Below are positions 1 through 9,131 of a DNA stretch of 64,000 nucleotides, piece by piece. The DNA comes from Pseudoprimorskyibacter sp. Lineage in GTDB: Bacteria > Pseudomonadota > Alphaproteobacteria > Rhodobacterales > Rhodobacteraceae. Location of the stretch: NCBI GenBank assembly GCA_029251265.1, contig JAQXDR010000070.1, positions 11,724 through 75,723 of the forward strand. Direction: 5' to 3'. Every line of letters starts with the position of its first letter. The first letter of the stretch is position 1. A model generated the notes under the pieces. That model was not told the origin of the DNA, ran no database searches, and saw only the letters and a program-made list of their open reading frames with translations. A program made the position numbers and the translations under genes.

Positions 1-57
1 AGTGTCTTTGCGGATAAGCTGTAGACCTGACATTCCCGGTGGTAGGGCTTTGGACTG

Positions 58-996
58 ATGCTAGAAGTTTTTCTGAAAACAGTCCCGTTTTTTGGGTTGA
101 TCGGACTTGGATATGGGGCAGGGCGGACCCATTTTTTTCCACCCGAAGCCACTGCCTATCTGACCAAGTTTGTGTTCTACTTTGCCCTCTCTGCGATGCT
201 TTTCCGGTTTGCGTCGTCGCTGTCCATCTCTGAAATCTTTGACCCGCGTCTGGCGCTTGTCTACTTATGTGCCACTGCGCTGACATACGGCATCGCCATG
301 ACGGTCGCTTTCCTGCGCGGGCTTGATACGCCCACCGCCGCGATCGAGGCGCAATGTGCGGGCATCGGCAACACCGGGTTTCTGGGCGTGCCGATGTTAA
401 CCGTGCTTTTGGGGCAAGCGGCTGTTGGTCCGATCATGCTGCTACTGAGCATTGATCTGATCGTTTTCAGTTCGGCTTTAGTGATCCTTGTGGTTGGCGG
501 GCGGCAAGGTGGCGGCATGCTTCAGATTTTGAAAACTGTTGGACTGGGCCTGGTCAAAAACCCCATGATTGTGGCCATGGGGTTGGGATTAACTGTGTCA
601 GCCGTGCAGGTACACCTGCCAGAGGTCTTGGATGAATTTCTTTTGCTTCTCGGTGCCGCGGCCACTCCGGGCGCGCTGTTTGCGATTGGGGCGTCATTGG
701 CCAGCAAATCTGCAGAGCGGCTTGAAATCGCTGTTTGGCTCAGTTTTTGCAAGCTTGTGTTGCACCCCGGATTTGTCTTTTTGGGCGCATTTCTTATTTT
801 TCCAACCGACCCCTACAAGGGGCTGGTGGCAGTGTCGGCTGCGGCACTTCCTGTTGCGGGCAATGTCTATATCCTGGCGTCACATTATGGTGTGGCTCCG
901 CAACGCGTATCAGCATCGATTCTTATTTCGACGACCGCCAGCATCGTCACGGTGTCTTTGGTCATTGGTTGGATGACGCAATTGGTTGGCTTGTGA
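58..996 (+). CDS. AEC (auxin efflux carrier) family transporter
   Basis: 312 aa, about 10 hydrophobic segments; GNTGFLGVP and ALPVAGNVY motifs typical of AEC/MdcF-like permeases. Confidence 0.85.
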   Translation: MLEVFLKTVPFFGLIGLGYGAGRTHFFPPEATAYLTKFVFYFALSAMLFRFASSLSISEIFDPRLALVYLCATALTYGIAMTVAFLRGLDTPTAAIEAQCAGIGNTGFLGVPMLTVLLGQAAVGPIMLLLSIDLIVFSSALVILVVGGRQGGGMLQILKTVGLGLVKNPMIVAMGLGLTVSAVQVHLPEVLDEFLLLLGAAATPGALFAIGASLASKSAERLEIAVWLSFCKLVLHPGFVFLGAFLIFPTDPYKGLVAVSAAALPVAGNVYILASHYGVAPQRVSASILISTTASIVTVSLVIGWMTQLVGL

Positions 997-1153
997 CGCT
1001 CGGAACCGGCTCAAAACGTCGCTCATAGACCAGCTTTTGACGCAAAAAATCAATGTAAAAAAAACTCTGACCAAGAATATAAAAAGTCTTTGCGTGTCGC
1101 TATTTGCTCTGCCAATGATTTGCAAATGTCACGTCGAATAGGGAGGTCAAGCC

Positions 1154-1927
1154 GTGATTTCAGCGCGCATTCGTGCAATGTCCGGCTTGCATTGGCTGGG
1201 ACTGTTTGGTGGCTTGCTGGCCGCCTGGGCTATGCTTTTTGTTATGGCGGTCCCGGCAGAATTGCGTCAGGCAGAGGCGCTTTACGGTCAAGCGCTCTGG
1301 CAGGCACTGTGTACGCCAGGGGACGACGCCTGGTCCGTCTTGCGGCTGTTCATCATGTGGATGATTATGAGCGCGGGCATGATGTTGCCAACCGCGTTAC
1401 CCGCCTTGGCAACCTATGATGATCTTGGACATGTCACACCAACTGCATTTTGGTGGCTTGTGGCGGGATATGCTGCGGTTTGGGCAGGCTTTTCACTGCT
1501 TGCGGCGATTGCGCAAACTGGATTGTGGCGGGCAGGATTAATCGGCCTGAGCGGACAGAGTTTGTCGATTTGGTTAACAGCTGCACTCTTGGGTCTTGGA
1601 GGACTGTATCAGTTTTCGGCTCTGAAAGAGAGCTGCCTTGCCAAATGCCGCGCGCCTTTGACATTTTTTATGCAGCATTGGGATGACGGTCCCTGGCGCA
1701 TGGGCCTGCGACTTGGGGCTGTTTGTCTTGGATGTTGTTGGGCGCTGATGGCGCTGGCGTTTGTGGGCGGGGTCATGAATTTGGGATTTATGGCGTTGGC
1801 CATGGTCCTGATGGTTTTGGAAAAAATGCCTGATATCGGGCGATATGTGACGCGGCCCCTCGGGGTTTTACTGATTTTGGCTGCAGGGTTCTGGCCCGCA
1901 GTCCAACTTATCCATACAGGAGGATAA
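1154..1927 (+). CDS. DUF2182 family predicted metal-binding integral membrane protein
   Basis: MWMIMSAGMMLP, YQFSALKESCLAKCR and CLGCCWALM motifs; GTG start preceded by GGGAGG SD. Confidence 0.85.
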   Translation: MISARIRAMSGLHWLGLFGGLLAAWAMLFVMAVPAELRQAEALYGQALWQALCTPGDDAWSVLRLFIMWMIMSAGMMLPTALPALATYDDLGHVTPTAFWWLVAGYAAVWAGFSLLAAIAQTGLWRAGLIGLSGQSLSIWLTAALLGLGGLYQFSALKESCLAKCRAPLTFFMQHWDDGPWRMGLRLGAVCLGCCWALMALAFVGGVMNLGFMALAMVLMVLEKMPDIGRYVTRPLGVLLILAAGFWPAVQLIHTGG

Positions 1928-1928
1928 C

Positions 1929-2558
1929 ATGGCACTAGATGCGAACGGTTTGGCCGAATGGGCCATCAAGGGTGAATTGATCCTTAATTGTAATTGCACG
2001 GTCTTCTGCCCCTGTGTCGTCAGTCTGGGCCAGCACCCCCCGACCGAGGGGTATTGTCAGGCATGGGCCGGAATCCGGATCGATTCCGGCCATTATGGTG
2101 ACGAGGATATCTCGGGGTTAAACGTTGGTCTTGTGCTGGAAATTCCGGGTCTGATGGCGCGTGGGAATTGGAAAGCCGCCGCCTATATAGACGAACGCGC
2201 CAGCGAGGATGCCTACGAGGGTTTGGTCAAAATTTTCTCGGGTGCGGCTCGGGGAACGACCGGATTGTTCGCTGTCTTGGTTAGCGAATTTCTGGGGGCA
2301 GAGCGTGCGCCAGTCAGCTTTGAAACCGAAGGGAATGCCCGGCGCCTGATGGTGGGTAAGACCATTCAGGGCGAGGTGGTTCCCGTTGAGGGCCACGGTG
2401 GCGAGGAAATCGTCGTGACCAATACGAAATACTGGATGGGGCCGGATATTACCGTTGCGACAGCAACCAAGGGCCGGGTGCGCGCGCACGGACGGGTCTG
2501 GGATTTTGACGGGCGCTCCGCTGAAATCTGCCAGATCGACTGGCACGGTCCCCGCTAA
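1929..2558 (+). CDS. DUF1326 family Cys-rich protein
   Basis: N-terminal W-x-I-K-G...C-N-C-x3-C-P-C...P-T-E-G-Y-C motif; GGAGG SD inside the upstream gene end. Confidence 0.85.
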   Translation: MALDANGLAEWAIKGELILNCNCTVFCPCVVSLGQHPPTEGYCQAWAGIRIDSGHYGDEDISGLNVGLVLEIPGLMARGNWKAAAYIDERASEDAYEGLVKIFSGAARGTTGLFAVLVSEFLGAERAPVSFETEGNARRLMVGKTIQGEVVPVEGHGGEEIVVTNTKYWMGPDITVATATKGRVRAHGRVWDFDGRSAEICQIDWHGPR

Positions 2559-2563
2559 GACCC

Positions 2564-4159
2564 ATGCGCACTGATTTTGAGGCCTACAGCCCCACCGAGG
2601 CAAACTTTGTCCCGCTGAGCCCAGTGTCTTTTCTGGCCCGGGCGGCAGATGTCTATGCCAACCGGACTGCGACAGTTTTTGAGGGCACACGCCGAAGCTG
2701 GGCCGAAGTTGGCGCCAGAGTGCAATCTGTTGCCACTGGTTTGCGGGGCATGGGGGTTGATACCGGCGAGGTTGTTGCCGTCTTTGCCCCCAACAGCCCT
2801 GCTGTATTCGAACTCCATTTCGCAGTTCCTGTGACGGGTGGCGTTTTATGCACCATCAACACACGGCTCGAGCCGGAGACCGTTGCCTATATCCTTGACC
2901 ATTCGGCGGCCAAAGTGGTGATTGTCGACGCACGGGTGCGCCCTGTGCTGGATGCGGCCCTGAAGATGGCCGACTCCCAGCCTGATGTGGTGGAAATTGC
3001 AAATGTGGGATCTGCGGTCTCCTGCGGTTATGAAACTCTGGCCATGACACCGGCCGACCTGTTTCTGACGGGACCGGCGGATGAATGGCAGGCCATAACG
3101 CTTAACTACACATCAGGCACCTCGGGCAAACCCAAAGGGGTGATCTATCATCACCGGGGCGCATATCTGATGGCGCTTGGGACCGTGGCAGGCTGGCAGG
3201 TCCCACAAGCCCCAAGCTATTTGTCGGTGGTCCCATTGTTTCATTGTAACGGGTGGGGGCATCCTTGGATGATGGCGATCATGGGGGGCAAAGTCACCTT
3301 TACGCACTCTCCTGATGCAGCTTCGATCCTTGCCGCGATCAAAGACGAGCAGGTGACTCATTTTGGTGCGGCCCCGGTTATTTTGCAGATGTTGGCGGAA
3401 AACAGTGACCAAACCCGTTTCGACCCGCCGGTACAGGCCATGACGGCAGGCGCCCCCCCACCCCCGGCAGTTTTAGAAAAGACGGCTGCCATGGGAATGG
3501 ATGTGATGCACGTCTATGGCCTTACTGAAACTTACGGCCACATCAGCCAGGCGCTTTGGGAGCGCGATTGGGATAGTTTGGACGCGTCGACACAGGCTGA
3601 CTACCGTGCACGTCAGGGTGTGGCCTTTCCAATGGTAGAGAATGTTGCGGTCATCAATCGTGATACCGGTCAGCCCGTACCACGCGATGGCATCACGCAA
3701 GGCGAAATCGCAATCCGCGGAAATACAGTTATGAAGGGCTATCTGGGCAACACATCTGCCACAGAGGACGCATTCGAGGGCGGTTGGTTTTGGTCGGGTG
3801 ATGCGGCTGTTGTCCACCCGGATGGTCATATGCAAATCCGTGACCGCCTGAAGGATGTCATCATCTCGGGGGGCGAAAACGTCAGTTCGGTTGAGGTTGA
3901 GGCTGTCTTATACCGCCATCCAGATGTGGCAACTGCCGCTGTTGTCGCAAAACCGGACGTGAAGTGGGGCGAAGTGCCCTGTGCGTTCATAGAACTGCGC
4001 GAGGGTGCTGACCCTGACGCAGGTGCTTTGATTGCATTTTGCCGATCCCATCTTGCGGGTTTTAAAACGCCAAAGCACATAATTTTTACTGAAATTCCAA
4101 AAACTGCCACGGGTAAAGTGCAGAAATTCCTTCTGCGCGCCCTTGCCAAAGAAGGCTGA
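2564..4159 (+). CDS. dmdB: Acyl-CoA synthetase, 3-methylmercaptopropionate-CoA ligase (DmdB-like)
   Basis: AMP-binding motif YTSGTSGKPKG, YGLTET, DRLKDVIISGGEN, C-terminal PKTATGK; N-terminal ANFVPLSPVSFL as in DmdB1-type ligases; immediately upstream of dmdA. Confidence 0.72.
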   Translation: MRTDFEAYSPTEANFVPLSPVSFLARAADVYANRTATVFEGTRRSWAEVGARVQSVATGLRGMGVDTGEVVAVFAPNSPAVFELHFAVPVTGGVLCTINTRLEPETVAYILDHSAAKVVIVDARVRPVLDAALKMADSQPDVVEIANVGSAVSCGYETLAMTPADLFLTGPADEWQAITLNYTSGTSGKPKGVIYHHRGAYLMALGTVAGWQVPQAPSYLSVVPLFHCNGWGHPWMMAIMGGKVTFTHSPDAASILAAIKDEQVTHFGAAPVILQMLAENSDQTRFDPPVQAMTAGAPPPPAVLEKTAAMGMDVMHVYGLTETYGHISQALWERDWDSLDASTQADYRARQGVAFPMVENVAVINRDTGQPVPRDGITQGEIAIRGNTVMKGYLGNTSATEDAFEGGWFWSGDAAVVHPDGHMQIRDRLKDVIISGGENVSSVEVEAVLYRHPDVATAAVVAKPDVKWGEVPCAFIELREGADPDAGALIAFCRSHLAGFKTPKHIIFTEIPKTATGKVQKFLLRALAKEG

Positions 4160-4164
4160 TCGCC

Positions 4165-5268
4165 ATGGCTATGATCGCTCCATCCCGCCGTCTGCGTCGT
4201 ACACCTTTCTCTGCCGGAGTAGAGGCCGCAGGTGTAAAAGGCTACACCGTCTACAATCGAATGTTGTTGCCCACAACGTTTCGATCGATGGTCGAAGATT
4301 ACCACCATCTGAAAGAAGCTGTTCAAATCTGGGATGTCTCTTGCGAACGGCAGATTGAACTTCGGGGTCCAGATGCGGGCCGTTTGATGCAAATGCTGAC
4401 ACCGCGTGACTTGCGCGGGATGCTCGCTGGGCAATGTTATTACGTTCCAATTGTGGATGAAACAGGAGGCATGCTGAACGATCCTGTTGCGGTAAAGCTG
4501 TCTGAGGATCGCTGGTGGATCTCGATTGCTGACAGTGACCTGCTTTATTGGGTCAAAGGAATTGCCTATGGCTACCGGCTTGATGTTTTGGTGGATGAAC
4601 CTGATGTGTCACCTCTGGCTATTCAAGGGCCGCGCGCGGATGACCTTATGTCGGAGGTGTTCGGTGACAGTGTGCGTGACATCCGGTTTTTTCGCTTTGG
4701 TCATTTCGACTTTAACGGTCGTGACCTTGTGATTGCACGGTCAGGATATTCCAAGCAGGGCGGTTTCGAGATTTATGTTGACGGCAGCGATATTGCCATG
4801 CCGCTATGGAATGCGCTGATGGAGGCGGGGCAAAAATATGACATCCACGCAGGTGGCCCAAATTTAATCGAACGGATTGAAGGTGGGCTTTTGAGTTATG
4901 GCAATGACATGACCATGGATAACACGCCGCACGAATGTGGGCTTGGCCGGTTTTGTAATACACACACAGCGATTGGATGTATTGGGCGGGATGCCTTGCT
5001 GCGGGTGGCCAAGGAAGGCCCTGTCAAACAGATCCGGGCCATACAAATCCACGGAGATGCTGTGCCCGCATGTGATCGTTTATGGCCAGTAATGGCGGGA
5101 TCTAAACGCGTTGGCAGCGTTTCCTCAGCGGCATGGTCCCCTGATTATAAAACCAATGTTGCAATCGGTATGGTGCGGCTGACGCATTGGGATGAAGGGA
5201 CCGACGTACAGGTTGAAACACCCACTGGCAGGCAATTCGCCACAGTCCATGAAAGTTTTTGGATCTAG
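4165..5268 (+). CDS. dmdA: Dimethylsulfoniopropionate demethylase (GcvT family)
   Basis: SRRLRRTPFSAGVEAAGVKGYTVYN start, WDVSCERQ, GGMLNDPV, SKQGGFEIY and GLLSYGND, all characteristic of roseobacter DmdA. Confidence 0.9.
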   Translation: MAMIAPSRRLRRTPFSAGVEAAGVKGYTVYNRMLLPTTFRSMVEDYHHLKEAVQIWDVSCERQIELRGPDAGRLMQMLTPRDLRGMLAGQCYYVPIVDETGGMLNDPVAVKLSEDRWWISIADSDLLYWVKGIAYGYRLDVLVDEPDVSPLAIQGPRADDLMSEVFGDSVRDIRFFRFGHFDFNGRDLVIARSGYSKQGGFEIYVDGSDIAMPLWNALMEAGQKYDIHAGGPNLIERIEGGLLSYGNDMTMDNTPHECGLGRFCNTHTAIGCIGRDALLRVAKEGPVKQIRAIQIHGDAVPACDRLWPVMAGSKRVGSVSSAAWSPDYKTNVAIGMVRLTHWDEGTDVQVETPTGRQFATVHESFWI

Positions 5269-6479
5269 CCGTTTTTGTCCGGGGTGAATATGTGAGGGTC
5301 GTTGATCATACACGGGTGTTTGTCATCATATAAAATGCACCATTAGAGCGGTTTGAGCATTGGAGGCTATGGTGAATTTGTCTGGCTGATCACGAGGCTT
5401 GTTTTGGGCGTTGCAAGCTGCCTGGTTGGATTGTCCACTTCTTGATTTCTTCCGTTTCGCGGGGAATGGCTTTGGGCTGTCGAAGTGCTTACTCTTCGGT
5501 GTGCTGCGTAAACCCTTGAAAAACATAAAAAAGTTCGAAAAAAATCGAAATTCCTAGCCCAACTTAACCAAGCATAAGCTACCAAACCAGCGTGGGATCA
5601 ATAGCTAATCTTGCTTTCTGAAAGTGTGCTATGCGACTTATTGAGCAAGTCGGTGCGAAATCTGGGAGTATCGACCAAGGTGATTGAAAGTCTGTTATGT
5701 GTTTTTCACCGTGCATATTCGTTTTGTTTTGTCCGTCTTATACTTGTTGTGGAAGTGGGTGCCGCAACTGCCGACACTCAGGTAATTAACAGACGCAATC
5801 CATACGAGTCTGTTGTGGCTTGTTCAGTTTACCAATTTCTATGAGAGAATGTCGCGCCAGGTCTGAGGGGCAGTAAAAATTGTCACGCCCTCGGTTCTTT
5901 TATTTTGAAGAGTTACAATTCTAGTTTTGGCGAGATTTGCTGATTTAAGCGAACCAACAGTTTCCTCTATTTGCCATAGCCATAGCCATAGCCAGACCAG
6001 CGGATGCGGCAATGCGCGGCGACGCCCGGGAAGCTTCAGAGATCGCCGGACGCCTAATTGCCATAAAGATGGCTGCCTCTTTTGATGCAGAGCGCGCTGT
6101 AGTTTACGCAAATGATTTATAGGAGATACAGAGATTATCCTTGATTGCGATGTGTTCACAATCCGTCTGAATGCAGAGAAATCGACACCAATCTCGCACC
6201 CTCGCAAATTTTGGGCTCACAATTTGCCGACTTCGATAGTGTTCGCCCGGATCATCTATTGGTATGTTCGGTCCGGGTGGACGCGTATGCTGTCCCAATT
6301 AAGAGAGCCTTTGAATCTGAAGCGCTGCTTAAGTGTATACTATCCCACATTTGCTAAGTGACTTGTGCAAAATGATGGATGCTTTGCCTGATGTTCCATA
6401 TTTTACAGCTTGATATCACGCGGCAGGAGGGGGACATAGGCAACGCCCTCGATGTGTCACGTTTCAGTTCCGCTTTTTA

Positions 6480-6740
<261 letters not shown>

Positions 6741-7048
6741 TTACCAAACGCTTAAAATCTATGGACCAAAGGGCGATTTGAACATATGCCGTGATCGAGA
6801 ACTTGGAAGATGCTGTCGGGATCGAGATTGTCCTCTGGTTGGTCTATAACAAGAGGTGTCGTATCTTTATCGAGGTGAAGATAGAAAACGAGTAAGACCA
6901 ACTCTTTCTCCCCTAGCGAGAGTTGGTCGAGCCTTTTCCCATCAATAAGACGCTCATATTTAGCTTTGAAATACCCTATTTCAAAGGAAAAATTGTAAAC
7001 CGCCTTCTCTCGCTTTGCGGGACTTCCTTTTGGATATTGCCAACACCA

Positions 7049-8755
7049 TCAGCGGGGGTCGTTGGGGATCATGGCCGCGGCCGACAGGACTGCCGAAGCA
7101 AGAAGGCCGTCCTTGGCATGGGACAGACCGCCCTGAGCCGACGCATCGCGCAAAGATGTCAGCAGCGTGGAAACCTGATCCGGCGCAAAAAGCTGCTGCA
7201 CAATATCTGCCTGCTGTGCCGTCTCAACATCGTTCAGCAGTCGCTGAAGTGGGTGCGCGCCAGAATGGCTTGGGGATGTGGGGTCGGGGCTTGTCCCATA
7301 GATCCTACCTGGTGCCGGATTTCGGCTCAATTCCATCGGCGTCAGGGCAGTCAAATTGAAGTTGGTCGGGGATTTTTCCGGAGTGTCAAATGGTATTGAG
7401 AGCACCCCCGGTTCTAGTTGGTGCATAATATCAAACAAAATCTGGCTGGACGACAGCCGCTCTGCACCGGCCAACGCCGATACATCATCCAGAAACCCCG
7501 AACTGAGTGGGTGAAACCCCATATGGCTTTGCGGTACTCGCCCGGAATGGAACCTGTTACGAAATTCCCTGTAATGGGCAATCAGCGCTTGGGTCTGGTC
7601 CAGCTTTTGTAGTCGACGTTGGCCTTGTATCAGACGTCGCAAGCGGCCCCACTGAACACGTCCCCAAGATTTATTGGCCCCATTCTGCCCAACCCACTGC
7701 ATCCAGTCTTGCGTATCCTGCGCAAATTCTGCGCGTAGCCGGTCTGGATGGATTGTATCGCCTTGTGCGCGAATAAAGGACGCCAGATCAGCGTAGCTGT
7801 TGCGCTTGTTGTAAAACGGTCGGTGGATTTCACCACCATTTCCACCGACTCGGACCGCATGAAGGCCTTGCGTTGTAAATGGGAAATACACCGGGTGATA
7901 CGCCCCCAGGTCCAGAGCGCGCCAGGTCTCATAAGCTTCGGTGCGGCTCAAGGCGTGATGGTTGACGGGCATGCCATTGTGGAGCCTTTCTTCAAAGGCA
8001 GTGCAGACCCTCTGTGCGACCTGAAAATCCAATCCGGCGCCGCTGCAGAAGAAATGCGCCCGGCGCAGTCCAAGTCGCCTTTGCGCTGCGCGGATCAGTG
8101 TAAAGACGGTGCGCGAATCTACCCCACCGGTTAGATCGGCGCTCAATTGTACCGTTTCATTGGCCACAAGCGTTTCAAATCGGGCGATCCACAGATCCGT
8201 GAACTGCACGAGAGCTGCGGCATAGCTGTCGGGGAGGGGGCGAGGACGGTAGGGTTTGATCGAGACATCCTCGTCGCCGATCATCAGCTCGTGTCCCAAT
8301 GGCAAAATCTGCACACCCGTTACAATGGTCTGAAACGAATAAGGCTGCTGAAAGAAAGTCCGCGGCAGAGTGATCGCAGCCAACTGGCTGAGCCGTGGGG
8401 TGACGGTGATGCCGTTGGTATGAAGGGCATCTGTGATAGCGAGGATCGAATTTGACACAACCCAGAACCCGGGGGACCAGTAGTAAAACACCTTTTTGAA
8501 ACCGGAATGATCGGTGCCCACGCGAAATCGGGTCCCTTCGCGGTGGATCTGCACATAGCAGCCATCTTCGCCCGGCCCCAGTTCTTGGCATGTGGCGCGG
8601 GTGAAATCGCGTAGCCCATCGGCCCCGAACACCAGATCCGCGCCGACAAAGGCATACCCCTGAAAGAAATGATCCTGAAACGCCTTGGATGTCATGCAAA
8701 AGACAGTCTGTCTGCATGTCTGCGTAACTTTGGGAGGCATGCTCGCGTCCTGCAT
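7049..8755 (-). CDS. Asparagine synthetase-like protein (Ntn-like N-terminus plus PP-loop adenine nucleotide alpha-hydrolase domain)
   Basis: TDHSGFKKVFYY resembles RDxxGxKPLYY; ADLTGGVDSR resembles the LSGGxDS PP-loop; GGNGGE resembles GxGGDE; true start uncertain. Confidence 0.6.
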   Translation of the reverse strand: MQDASMPPKVTQTCRQTVFCMTSKAFQDHFFQGYAFVGADLVFGADGLRDFTRATCQELGPGEDGCYVQIHREGTRFRVGTDHSGFKKVFYYWSPGFWVVSNSILAITDALHTNGITVTPRLSQLAAITLPRTFFQQPYSFQTIVTGVQILPLGHELMIGDEDVSIKPYRPRPLPDSYAAALVQFTDLWIARFETLVANETVQLSADLTGGVDSRTVFTLIRAAQRRLGLRRAHFFCSGAGLDFQVAQRVCTAFEERLHNGMPVNHHALSRTEAYETWRALDLGAYHPVYFPFTTQGLHAVRVGGNGGEIHRPFYNKRNSYADLASFIRAQGDTIHPDRLRAEFAQDTQDWMQWVGQNGANKSWGRVQWGRLRRLIQGQRRLQKLDQTQALIAHYREFRNRFHSGRVPQSHMGFHPLSSGFLDDVSALAGAERLSSSQILFDIMHQLEPGVLSIPFDTPEKSPTNFNLTALTPMELSRNPAPGRIYGTSPDPTSPSHSGAHPLQRLLNDVETAQQADIVQQLFAPDQVSTLLTSLRDASAQGGLSHAKDGLLASAVLSAAAMIPNDPR

Positions 8756-9131
8756 TTGTTGCTGCTCTCGTGTGAAGGGTGTCGAACTGGCTCTGTGCTG
8801 TCAACGTCTTTGGGGTTGAATGGTGTTGGGTGCAGGGACCTGCTTTCTCGTGAGCGTCTTTGATCCTCGCAGCACGACGAGACCGCTCCATTGTTATGGT
8901 ATGGTCAAAACTTGCAACTTGTGCAGGCGCTGGAGACGCTCGATCTAAAGCATTTCGATTTTAATTTGCGGTAAACATCAGCGCTGACCTTGATCAAGCA
9001 GGGTTTTGCGTCTTAGCCTGGGGGTATTCCTGACGTTGAATGTCGCGTTCTTCGTTCGTCATGAATATTTCCCCACTAAATCGGGGAATTTACAGGAAGT
9101 CTCCCGAGAGTCTGTACATATCTAGATCGCA

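Noticed and set aside
5973..5994. (GCCATA) x about 3.7 microsatellite as a phase-variation switch
   Set aside because: Short, in-frame hexamer unit, and not inside any credible gene or promoter
7049..9131. Lasso peptide gene cluster around the asparagine-synthetase-like gene
   Set aside because: No B1/B2 (RRE, transglutaminase-like peptidase), transporter or recognisable precursor peptide nearby
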